A stretch of DNA of 12,091 bases from Candidatus Micrarchaeota archaeon. GTDB lineage: Archaea; Micrarchaeota; Micrarchaeia; Norongarragalinales; SBBD01. Location: the NCBI GenBank assembly GCA_043806595.1, contig JAZDGU010000025.1, positions 1-12,091 on the forward strand. Direction: 5' to 3'. The translations under genes and the position numbers were made by a program. Of this stretch, positions 1-6,799 are shown piece by piece; the first letter of the stretch is position 1, and each line of letters begins with the position of its first letter. The notes below the pieces were generated by a model. The model saw only the letters and a program-made list of their open reading frames with translations. It did no database searches and was not told where the DNA came from.

Positions 1-29
1 AGGGGGGATGTGCCCCCCGACGCAAAGTA

Positions 30-146
30 TGGGGCTGCCGAGATTTGAACTCGGATCGCCGCCACTCCGGCCTTCATGCGCTTTGCAGCTGAGGCAGAGC
101 GGGAGGTCCCCAAGGCGGTAGGTTGACCAGGTTGCCCCACAGCCCC
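30..146 (-). tRNA. tRNA-Pro(GGG) with a 43-nt intron at canonical 37/38 (intron 65-107)
   Basis: Reverse complement folds as GGGGCTG/CAGCCCC acceptor stem with A73, anticodon stem CCGCC/GGCGG with loop TT-GGG-G^T, and T arm CCGAG-TTCAAAT-CTCGG. BHB: TTGG/CCGG central helix, bulges GG|A and AG|T, outer helix CCT/AGG. CCA is not encoded. Confidence 0.95.
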
Positions 147-177
147 AATGGAGAAAAAGTATTCTGTGAGCAGAGCT

Positions 178-393
178 TTAAAAGCGGGGGTAGTGGATGA
201 TCTCGTCGACGAGCTCCTCCTGCGCGAGCAGCATGCGCCTGCAGCAGTAGCGGTCGAAGCCCAGCTCGTCGAGGATTTTGCCGACGTCGCCTTCCTTGTG
301 CATGCCCTGCAGCTTGTCGACGCGTTCCTTGAAGTCGTAGTACTTGTCCGCGACGACTTTGCCGCACGTGAAGCACCGGACGGGGGACATCAT
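178..393 (-). CDS. rpoN: RNA polymerase subunit N (Rpo10)
   Basis: [12 protein letters not shown] and [12 protein letters not shown] zinc-binding motifs; conserved position after rps9. Confidence 0.97.
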   Translation of the reverse strand: MMSPVRCFTCGKVVADKYYDFKERVDKLQGMHKEGDVGKILDELGFDRYCCRRMLLAQEELVDEIIHYPRF

Positions 394-414
394 TTCACAT
401 CATCCTCGAAATTT

Positions 415-831
415 CTACCTGTAAGACTTGGTGAACCGCGCGCGCGCCTTGGGGCCCTTGAACTTCTTGGGCTCGACGCGCCGGGGGTCCTCGACGAGGA
501 GCGAGCGGTCGTATGCGACCATCTCCTCCTTGAGCTTGTCGTCCTTGAGGTAAGCCACCATCGCCCTCGCGACCGCGGTGCGCGCCGCCTGCGCCTGGCC
601 AGAGATTCCGCCGCCGTGCACGCTCACGCTTACGTCGAAGGTCTTCTCCTTGACGAACTGCAGCGGCTCGGAGATGATTTCCCGGGAGAGCGGCTGGAGC
701 GCGTCCACAGTGAGGCCGTTGACCACGAGCCTGCCGTTGCCCTCGGTGATGTACGCGCGTGCTATGGCTTCCTTGCGCTTGCCGCGTGTGACGATGCTCT
801 TCTTCCTGCGCTTCTTCTTTTCTTCGGCCAT
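415..831 (-). CDS. rps9: 30S ribosomal protein uS9
   Basis: GKRKEAIARA, VHGGGISGQAQAARTAVARA and DPRRVEPKKFKGPKARARFTKSYR C-terminus; TAATG coupling with rpl13. Confidence 0.98.
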   Translation of the reverse strand: MAEEKKKRRKKSIVTRGKRKEAIARAYITEGNGRLVVNGLTVDALQPLSREIISEPLQFVKEKTFDVSVSVHGGGISGQAQAARTAVARAMVAYLKDDKLKEEMVAYDRSLLVEDPRRVEPKKFKGPKARARFTKSYR

Positions 832-1238
832 TACAGCACCTTGCAGATTTCCTCAATCGATATCGCGTTGCATTGGAGGCTTGACGCCGTCGCGGTGAAC
901 TTCTGGGCCTTGCCTTCGAGCTCCTTGGGCACGCCGTTGTACGCCTTGATGCGGCGGAGCGCTTGCTTTCCCCTTCCCGAGTGCTTTGGAAGCATGCCGC
1001 GGATGATTTTCTTGAGCAGGTAGTCGGGCCGCCGTGGCCATTTGGGGCTCTTGTCCGGGTCGCCCTTGTTCTGCTGGGTCCTGCGCCTCGCGTACTTCTG
1101 GACGATTTCTTCGGTCCTGCCGCTGATCATGGCCTTGCCGGCGTTGACGATGGCGACCTCCTCTCCCTGCAGCGCCTTCTTGGCCGCGGCTGCCGCAAGC
1201 CTTCCCGCGATGGCGTCCGTGGCGTCGTAGACTATCAT
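831..1238 (-). CDS. rpl13: 50S ribosomal protein uL13
   Basis: YDATDAIAGRLAAAAAK, IVNAGKAMISG, PKWPRRPDYLLKKIIRGMLP; ATGA overlap with rpl18e. Confidence 0.98.
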   Translation of the reverse strand: MIVYDATDAIAGRLAAAAAKKALQGEEVAIVNAGKAMISGRTEEIVQKYARRRTQQNKGDPDKSPKWPRRPDYLLKKIIRGMLPKHSGRGKQALRRIKAYNGVPKELEGKAQKFTATASSLQCNAISIEEICKVL

Positions 1239-1597
1239 GTGAGTATCACTATTCCGCTTCCCTTCGGGTTCTGTTCGACTAGCGCTTCAATCGTCATGAT
1301 CTTGCACTTGGCCTTCTCGAGCTTGCCGCGCGCCGGCTTTGAGACGCGGAACGCCGCGACGGTGAACGGCTTGCCGATCGTGCCGAGGGAAAGAATCTTC
1401 CCGGGCACCACGGCCGCGACCTTCGCCGGGGGCGCGTGTTTTGCAAGCGTGTTGATGTTGACCTCGACGCGCCTGCGAGTGGGCCTGGACAGGAGCTTCG
1501 CTACGCGCGCCCAGATCGGCGCCGAGTTCTTCCTCGACGTCCTTTCAAGCGTTGCAATGAGCCTCTTCAGCTCAGGTATTTCCGTTCCCTTCCTCAT
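1235..1597 (-). CDS. rpl18e: 50S ribosomal protein eL18
   Basis: IWARVAKLLSRPTRRRVEVNI, VVPGKILSLG, C-terminal NPKGSGIVIL. Confidence 0.97.
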   Translation of the reverse strand: MRKGTEIPELKRLIATLERTSRKNSAPIWARVAKLLSRPTRRRVEVNINTLAKHAPPAKVAAVVPGKILSLGTIGKPFTVAAFRVSKPARGKLEKAKCKIMTIEALVEQNPKGSGIVILT

Positions 1598-1634
1598 CTT
1601 CCAACAACCTTCGAATTCCCTTTTTCAATCGTTA

Positions 1635-1811
1635 TGCAGGGGCTGGGATTTGAACCCAGGCATCCTTCCGCGCCCTTTGCGCAACCGCGCGCTTCGGGCC
1701 CTACGGAACAGAGACCTCAACCCTGCGCATTTGGCCAAAGCCATCTAGCCGTTCTGTTCACAGGAGGACGGCTTTTCACGGGCTTTATTGACCAGGCTCT
1801 GCCACCCCTGC
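1635..1811 (-). tRNA. tRNA-Leu(GAG) with two non-canonical introns: 57 nt at 21/22 (1731-1787) and 35 nt in the variable arm (1666-1700)
   Basis: Removing both inserts gives GCAGGGG TG GCAGAGCCTGGTCAA^ATGC G CAGGG TTGAGGT CTCTG TTCCGTAG^GGATGC CTGGG TTCAAAT CCCAG CCCCTGC A, a standard archaeal class II Leu tRNA. Anticodon is at 1716-1718. Confidence 0.93.
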
Positions 1812-1820
1812 AATTACCAT

Positions 1821-2093
1821 TTACCACCGTCTCGGCTCCTTCCCTTTTCCCGCAGTCCTCAGCTTCTCCAGGGGGCTTCCGCGTCCGTCATGCCTTCGAA
1901 AGCGACCTGCTTGTCGCGCGTCCTCGCTCCCTTCACGAGAAAGGCCCTGGCCCCTGAAACCCTGCCGAGTTCCCTCAGCAGTTCGTCGTTCGCCCTGGCC
2001 TCCTTCCGCTCGGCTCTTCACCCGCACGCGCACCGCGCCGCCGCCGGTCTCGACGGAGAAGCGTTTTGCGTTGGGCGTGACTCTTATTTGCAT
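1821..2093 (-). pseudogene. DUF167/YggU (UPF0235) family gene with two compensating frameshifts (pseudogene or sequence error)
   Basis: MQIRVTPNAKRF...VRVKSRAEGG is the DUF167 N-terminus. The family continuation RANDELLRELGRV...LVKGARTRDKQV lies in a shifted frame starting at 1996. The LEKL-type end is back in the first frame from 1871. Confidence 0.75.
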
Positions 2094-2096
2094 TTC

Positions 2097-2741
2097 CTAC
2101 TTTAACTCCTTTTCCTTCGAGAGCGCCTCGGCCTTCCGCCTCAGCAGCTCGGCCGCCCTCTTGAGCTGTTCCTTGGCGGGCACGTCGTTGAAGCTCTCCA
2201 CGAGGAACACGAATTCCCCGTCCTTGTACTCCATGGGCTTGCCTTCCGCCGCGTCGCGGTCGGCGTCCCTGATGTCGGACACCTTGCCCTTCGCGGGGTA
2301 GAACGCGTACGACGCGAGCGCGCATTGGAACTTCGCGTGCTGCTTGGCCGTGCCCCTGATTGCGAACGCCTCGAGCCTCAGCTTCTGGTCGGCGGCGAGC
2401 TTGATGATTGGGATGTTCTCGCTGAATACCCTGATTTTCTCGTCCGAGCTCCTGAGGTCGCGGCTGTAGACCATGCCCGGGCCCTCGGCGTTGAGCGAAA
2501 GCGAGACCTGCGCGTCTTCTGCGACGCTCTCCTCGTAGGAAAGCGGGATGAGCCCCAGCCTGTTGGCGAGGTACTCGTTGAACATGACGCTGTTGTTCTC
2601 GTAGAAGTCGACGGTGTCAATGGCGAAGCACTCCAAGTCGGAAATGACCGCGCGCCTCAGCGCGTTGACGAGGGCGATGCTCGCGCCCTTGACGTGCACC
2701 TGGATCCTGCTTCCCTCGTCCTTCAAGACCTCGAGCTGCAT
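2097..2741 (-). CDS. rpoD: RNA polymerase subunit D (Rpo3)
   Basis: NALRRAVI, ENNSVMFNEYLANRLGLIPL, GPGMVYSRDL, IPIIKL, GTAKQHAKFQ, FVFLVES; follows rps11. Confidence 0.97.
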   Translation of the reverse strand: MQLEVLKDEGSRIQVHVKGASIALVNALRRAVISDLECFAIDTVDFYENNSVMFNEYLANRLGLIPLSYEESVAEDAQVSLSLNAEGPGMVYSRDLRSSDEKIRVFSENIPIIKLAADQKLRLEAFAIRGTAKQHAKFQCALASYAFYPAKGKVSDIRDADRDAAEGKPMEYKDGEFVFLVESFNDVPAKEQLKRAAELLRRKAEALSKEKELK

Positions 2742-2754
2742 TTTCCATACGCCT

Positions 2755-3288
2755 CTATACGCGCCTGCCGCGCTTTCCGCCGGGACGCTTCGTGCTGTCC
2801 GTCGGGACCGGGGTAACGTCCTCGATCTTCCCTATCCTCAGGCCGCTGCGGGCGAGCGCGCGGATCGCCGCCTGCGCCCCGCTGCCGGGAGTCTTCGTCA
2901 GGTGCCCTCCCGGAGCGCGCACGCGCACGTTGATCCCTATGATGCCGCGCACCTTGGCCTTGTCGGACGCCTTGAACGCCGCCTGCATGGCCGCATACGG
3001 CGAGCCCTCCTCGCGGTCGTTCTTGACTATCATGCCTCCGCTGCCGACGGCAATGGTCTCGGCACCGCTGAGGTCGGTTATCGTGATTATCGTGTCGTTC
3101 TTGCTGCTGTAGATGTGCGCGATGCCCCACTTGCCCTCCTTGGGGATGTACCTGCGCTCGAACCCGCCCCTCCTGTCATGGAAGCCCGGCTGCGGCGCGG
3201 CTGCAGTCGTCGCCTCGGGCTTGGCCTCGGCCTCCTTCGGCGCCTCCTCCTTCTCCTCCACGGCAGCCTTCTTCTCTTCTTCAGCCAT
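2755..3288 (-). CDS. rps11: 30S ribosomal protein uS11 with N-terminal extension
   Basis: [66 protein letters not shown] at 3288, just after the rps4 stop, is preferred to the upstream TTG at 3309. Confidence 0.97.
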   Translation of the reverse strand: MAEEEKKAAVEEKEEAPKEAEAKPEATTAAAPQPGFHDRRGGFERRYIPKEGKWGIAHIYSSKNDTIITITDLSGAETIAVGSGGMIVKNDREEGSPYAAMQAAFKASDKAKVRGIIGINVRVRAPGGHLTKTPGSGAQAAIRALARSGLRIGKIEDVTPVPTDSTKRPGGKRGRRV

Positions 3289-3289
3289 T

Positions 3290-3853
3290 CTACTCACTCT
3301 TAACCGCAAGTTCCTTCGCTTCCGTTATTCCCGCGCCGGCAGGCTCGGCCTTTTCCCCGGGAGGTACCGCTTCAGCCGAAATCGCGTGCCCGTACCACGA
3401 GACGGAATCCTCCTCGCCGTACCTTACGAGATACGACGGCGATGAAATCTTAATCCCGTTGACGCTCACGTGCCCGTGGGCGATGAACTGCCTCGCCTGC
3501 CCCATCGTCCTGGCGAGGTGCCGCTTGTAGGCGATGGTCTGCAGCCTGCGGTCCAGTATGTCCCTGACCGTCAGCGAGAGCACGTCGTCGAGCGTCGCGT
3601 CGCCCTTCTTCAGCACGAACTTCACGAGCCTGCTTATGAGCTGCCCCTTCTTGCGCTCGGTGTCCTCGCCGCGGCCGCCGAGCAGCCTGCGGGCCTCGCG
3701 CCTTATCTTGCGCAGGATGGTCTGCATCTTCCAGAGCTCGCGCGAGTTCTTCAGGCCGTACTCCTCGCGGAGCTTGCTCTCCTCCTCGATGCGGTGCTTG
3801 GACCACAGCTTCTTGGGCTTCTCGTACTGCTTTCTCAAACGCTTGGCTCCCAT
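3290..3853 (-). CDS. rps4: 30S ribosomal protein uS4
   Basis: [43 protein letters not shown]. Confidence 0.98.
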   Translation of the reverse strand: MGAKRLRKQYEKPKKLWSKHRIEEESKLREEYGLKNSRELWKMQTILRKIRREARRLLGGRGEDTERKKGQLISRLVKFVLKKGDATLDDVLSLTVRDILDRRLQTIAYKRHLARTMGQARQFIAHGHVSVNGIKISSPSYLVRYGEEDSVSWYGHAISAEAVPPGEKAEPAGAGITEAKELAVKSE

Positions 3854-3872
3854 GTCAATTCTTCACTTGAAA

Positions 3873-4514
3873 TCATTTCTTCGGCGCGCCGGCCTTCTCC
3901 TGCGCCCCGGCTGCAGCCGCGGCCTTCTGCTCCTTGATCGCCTTGCGGAGGACTCCCACGGTCAGCCCCGTCCTGCCGGTGGTGCGGTTGTGCTGGCCGC
4001 GCACGCGCTGGCCGATGCTGTGCCTCCAGCCCTTCCAGCTCCTGATGTCCTTCTCGGACTGGATGTCCTGCCTTACGGAGAAGACGAGGTCGTTCATGAG
4101 CATGTGCAAGTCCTTTCCGGAGTCGCGGTCCCTCTGCCGGTTCAGCGAATAACCTCTTATGCCGCTGAGCTGCGGGTTGTGGAGGACGACGTCAATCTTG
4201 TCCGTCTCCTCCTCCGTGAGGTCGCCGACGCGCGTGCCGGGCTTGATGCCGAGCTCCTTGGCGAAGACCCTCTCGAGTATCTTGGCGAGGTTCGAGCCGA
4301 CGCCCCTGACCTTCAGGAGCGCCTTGTATATCTTGAGGTGGCCGTCGATGTCCTTGCCCGCCAGCCTCACGATCCCGCGGAAGTTCTCGGACTCCTTCGG
4401 CTGGGGAGCCACGGCGGGCCTGCCCTGCGGCGCGCCTTGAGGTTTCTGTTGAGGCCTCTGCTGGGGCTTCTGCTGCCCCTGCTTCGGTGCCGCTGGTTGC
4501 GTCGGTTGCTGCAT
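3873..4514 (-). CDS. rps13: 30S ribosomal protein uS13 with Q/P-rich N-terminal extension
   Basis: FRGIVRLAGKDIDG, LNRQRDRDSG, IRSWKGWRHSIGQRVRGQHNRTTGRTG. Confidence 0.97.
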   Translation of the reverse strand: MQQPTQPAAPKQGQQKPQQRPQQKPQGAPQGRPAVAPQPKESENFRGIVRLAGKDIDGHLKIYKALLKVRGVGSNLAKILERVFAKELGIKPGTRVGDLTEEETDKIDVVLHNPQLSGIRGYSLNRQRDRDSGKDLHMLMNDLVFSVRQDIQSEKDIRSWKGWRHSIGQRVRGQHNRTTGRTGLTVGVLRKAIKEQKAAAAAGAQEKAGAPKK

Positions 4515-4543
4515 CTCGCATTCCTACTTCATGCAAATTCAAG

Positions 4544-4759
4544 CGCCGGGACTGGGATTTCCGTCAAACCCTTCCTCGGCCATCAATGCTAATCCCGCTG
4601 TAGGGCATACCGCCCCGAAAACAAGCGTTTAGGCAACCTCTTGGAAGAGGGGATTTTCGAACCCAGGACCCCGTGAGGGGACCAGCTCTCCTGCAGTTTT
4701 CTGCCTAATGCAGGAAAAATGATTCCAGGCTGGCGCCTTAACCACTCAGCCATCCCGGC
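4544..4759 (-). tRNA. tRNA-Ser(GGA) with two introns: 35 nt at 37/38 (4688-4722) and 98 nt at 59/60 (4558-4655)
   Basis: Spliced form is GCCGGGA TG GCTGAGTGGTTAAGGC G CCAGC CTGGAA^A GCTGG T CCCC TCAC GGGG TC CTGGG TTCGAA^T CCCAG TCCCGGC G, with a long variable arm and G73. Anticodon is at 4724-4726. Position upstream of rps13 is conserved in archaea. Confidence 0.92.
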
Positions 4760-4785
4760 CTGTATTCCAGAGTTCTGCCCGAGCA

Positions 4786-4797
4786 CCTTTTTAAGGC
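4786..4797. promoter_or_regulatory. Putative TATA box for the tRNA-Ser/ribosomal protein operon, possibly bidirectional
   Basis: Reads TTAAAAAG on the - strand about 30 nt before tRNA-Ser, and TTTTTAAG on the + strand about 30 nt before the ATG at 4826. Confidence 0.5.
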
Positions 4798-4825
4798 TTG
4801 CGGGCGAGATTTATTTTGATTCTGA

Positions 4826-5449
4826 ATGCGGAAAGAAAAGCGCGAGGAGGAATCCAGCGTTCCGGCGCGGAGGGCCCCTCCAGTGCGCATTGCAGTACGG
4901 CGTTGGCTTTACGATGCCCAGAACGATGTGTTTCTCGGCGGTCCGACGGATCGCTTAATCATGGGCGCCCTTGCCGCAGTGTCTGCCGCCGAAATACTTG
5001 GAATCCGCCGGCAGAGGCGGGCTGACATGACACGCCTTGGCGGCATCTGGAACCGGACGTCTTTGATAAGCTACACCCGTTCCCGAAAGAAAGTGGCGTT
5101 ACCGAAGGTAGAGGAAGAGCGCAAGCTGGACTTGCTTGACCCCAGCTACGGGAATAACCGCCTGCTTCATCTGGTCGAGGGAGTCCGACAGTCTCCCCAA
5201 TCGCACCCACGCCGAATCGCAGCGTTCGCCCACCTCGTCGATGGCATTGTCGAAGAACGTTTGCAGGCGATAAGGGCCGGGGAAAAACGGACCATGCAGG
5301 CTAGCAGCATATGGCGGATAATCGACAAGGAACTCTACCATGCCGTGCTGGCAGGGCGGGAAATCGGGGCGGCCAAGCCGCATTATTCCACCCCCGCCTT
5401 CAGACGAGCGCTGATCGATTTTCTGTTGACCTACCCCCGTGCAAAATAG
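4826..5449 (+). CDS. Hypothetical protein, start uncertain (4826, 4961 or 5027)
   Basis: Longest ORF filling the gap between tRNA-Ser and the Toprim gene, flanked by AT-rich intergenic tracts. No family recognised, and more A/T-ending codons than its neighbours. Confidence 0.5.
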   Translation: MRKEKREEESSVPARRAPPVRIAVRRWLYDAQNDVFLGGPTDRLIMGALAAVSAAEILGIRRQRRADMTRLGGIWNRTSLISYTRSRKKVALPKVEEERKLDLLDPSYGNNRLLHLVEGVRQSPQSHPRRIAAFAHLVDGIVEERLQAIRAGEKRTMQASSIWRIIDKELYHAVLAGREIGAAKPHYSTPAFRRALIDFLLTYPRAK

Positions 5450-5469
5450 TGGAGCGCGCCTGAATTGCA

Positions 5470-5479
5470 TCTTAAATTT
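5470..5479 (+). promoter_or_regulatory. Putative TATA box of the Toprim gene
   Basis: CTTAAATT in an AT-rich gap about 25 nt upstream of ATG 5499, consistent with a leaderless transcript. Confidence 0.45.
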
Positions 5480-5498
5480 GCTGAATTAAATTCCACTT

Positions 5499-5912
5499 AT
5501 GGACCTTGTTTACCGCGAAAAGGCCGCCGCGAAGCTCTGGCGCGCGCTCTCCGACGCGGTCGTGCTCGTCGAGGGCAAGAACGACGAGCGCGCGCTCCGC
5601 GAGGTCGGCATAACCGCTGCAACCGTCCGCGCCGCAGGACGAACCGAAAAAATACTTGAGAAGGCGACAGCAATTGCGGCCGCCGGCAACAAGAAAATAG
5701 TTTTGCTCTTCGACTACGACGCCGAGGGCCGCCGGAAAATGACGTTCTTCGAGGAGGCCTTCTTCAACGCCGGCGGAAGGGCGAGTGTAGTAGAGTGGAG
5801 GCGGCTCCGCGAGCTGTTCGGCCTGCGGACAGTAGAGGACCTGCCGACCGCCTACTGGGAGCTTATGGACGAAATCGCCGCGGGCAAGAGGAGGGCTATT
5901 CCAAGGGCGTGA
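5499..5912 (+). CDS. Small stand-alone Toprim domain protein (UPF0292/RNase M5-like)
   Basis: VVLVEGKND (catalytic Glu) and IVLLFDYDAEG (DxD) Toprim motifs. Confidence 0.9.
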   Translation: MDLVYREKAAAKLWRALSDAVVLVEGKNDERALREVGITAATVRAAGRTEKILEKATAIAAAGNKKIVLLFDYDAEGRRKMTFFEEAFFNAGGRASVVEWRRLRELFGLRTVEDLPTAYWELMDEIAAGKRRAIPRA

Positions 5913-6279
5913 CCGCGGCCTTCGCGACGTGCTGGTCCAATCCAAGGATTTCGGTGGCGATTGCCTGCAGCTCGCGCGGGCTCTTTGCGTCCAGCGGGTC
6001 CGCGGAATCGGCCGCAATAGCGAATTTGGCCTTGAATTTCACGCACTTCCCGAGGAAGATTTTTATTTCGCGGAATGCCTGCGGCCGCTGGGACGTTTGC
6101 AATTTGATTGCCGGTGATAGATTGATATGGAAGACCGTGCCGTGTTCCGCCGCAGTCTTCACGAGCACGTCGTCCTTCCAATAGTCGCGCGCCGCAAGCG
6201 GGTCGACCCTTGTCGCCCTCCGCTGGGCGATCGCCTGCTTGAGCCTCTCCTTGTCCGGGGAAGCGAATGCGGCCTGCAT
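5896..6279 (-). CDS. Shortened RNase P subunit p30 (Rpp30/Rnp3)-like protein
   Basis: DDVLVKTAAEHGTVFHINLSP...KFKAKFAIAADSADPLDAKSPRELQAIATEILGL resembles the C-terminal half of archaeal Rpp30, and the gene is syntenic with rpl15e. ATG 6279 follows an SD-like GGTG; an alternative start is GTG 6303. Confidence 0.75.
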   Translation of the reverse strand: MQAAFASPDKERLKQAIAQRRATRVDPLAARDYWKDDVLVKTAAEHGTVFHINLSPAIKLQTSQRPQAFREIKIFLGKCVKFKAKFAIAADSADPLDAKSPRELQAIATEILGLDQHVAKAAVTPLE

Positions 6280-6295
6280 CTTCACACCAGCTGGC

Positions 6296-6703
6296 TCACG
6301 CACGCTTGTCGCGCATGATCACTTCGAAATACTTGAACATGCCGTCCTCGCCGACCCAGTATGCCGCCTTGGGGACAAGGTTCGGGAACTTCGTGCGCGT
6401 CTTGTTCATGGCGTAGTATGAGAGCGAGCGGCCGGGGTTTATCCTCTTGACGCTACGGCCGGGCTTGCGGCCCTGGTCGGGCTTGTCGCGCACGCGCTTG
6501 CCCCTGCGGATCCTCACGCGCGCGAGGTATATGCCGCGCTTGGCCTTGTATCCGAGCGCCCTCGCCCTCGGCAGGTCGCTCGAGTGCTCTATCCTCTCGA
6601 CGGTGCGCTGCTTGCGCCAGAGCGACATCCTCCTCCGCAGGTGTTGCGCGCGCGTCTTGAACGTCTCCTGGAACGACTTCCTCATGTACGAGTAGGCTCC
6701 CAT
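6296..6703 (-). CDS. rpl15e: 50S ribosomal protein eL15, C-terminally short (135 aa)
   Basis: MGAYSY start, ARALGYKAKRG, RVRIRRG, GRKP, YWVGEDGMFKYFEVI; SD GGGTGA upstream of ATG 6703. Confidence 0.95.
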   Translation of the reverse strand: MGAYSYMRKSFQETFKTRAQHLRRRMSLWRKQRTVERIEHSSDLPRARALGYKAKRGIYLARVRIRRGKRVRDKPDQGRKPGRSVKRINPGRSLSYYAMNKTRTKFPNLVPKAAYWVGEDGMFKYFEVIMRDKRA

Positions 6704-6772
6704 CAGTTTCACCCATATTCCGGGCTCCGCAGGCGGAGTGCTCCGACATCTTGGAATGGTTCTGCAGGCCCT

Positions 6773-6792
6773 GGTTTAAAACGGTTTTGCCT
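6773..6792 (-). promoter_or_regulatory. BRE-TATA promoter of rpl15e
   Basis: AGGCAAAACCG-TTTTAAACC on the - strand directly after the minD stop; a near-identical element lies at 11759-11777. Confidence 0.65.
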
Positions 6793-6799
6793 TTTTTTG

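Noticed and set aside
2..18. GGGGGG-ATGTG-CCCCCC hairpin downstream of tRNA-Pro
   Set aside because: At the window edge with no visible T tract, so no function can be supported.
148..1023. 291-aa + strand ORF, and similar long ORFs at 963-1748, 3534-4592, 6584-7738 and 10808-11764
   Set aside because: Antisense shadows of well-supported - strand genes; long open frames are expected at this GC content and codon bias.
1740..1786. Possible kink-turn or nested intron in the tRNA-Leu D-loop intron (CGTGAAA/AGAT internal loop)
   Set aside because: The tandem GA register is off by one base and no inner BHB could be drawn.
4544..4759. Split or permuted tRNA interpretation
   Set aside because: All exons are colinear and joined by cis BHB-like motifs.
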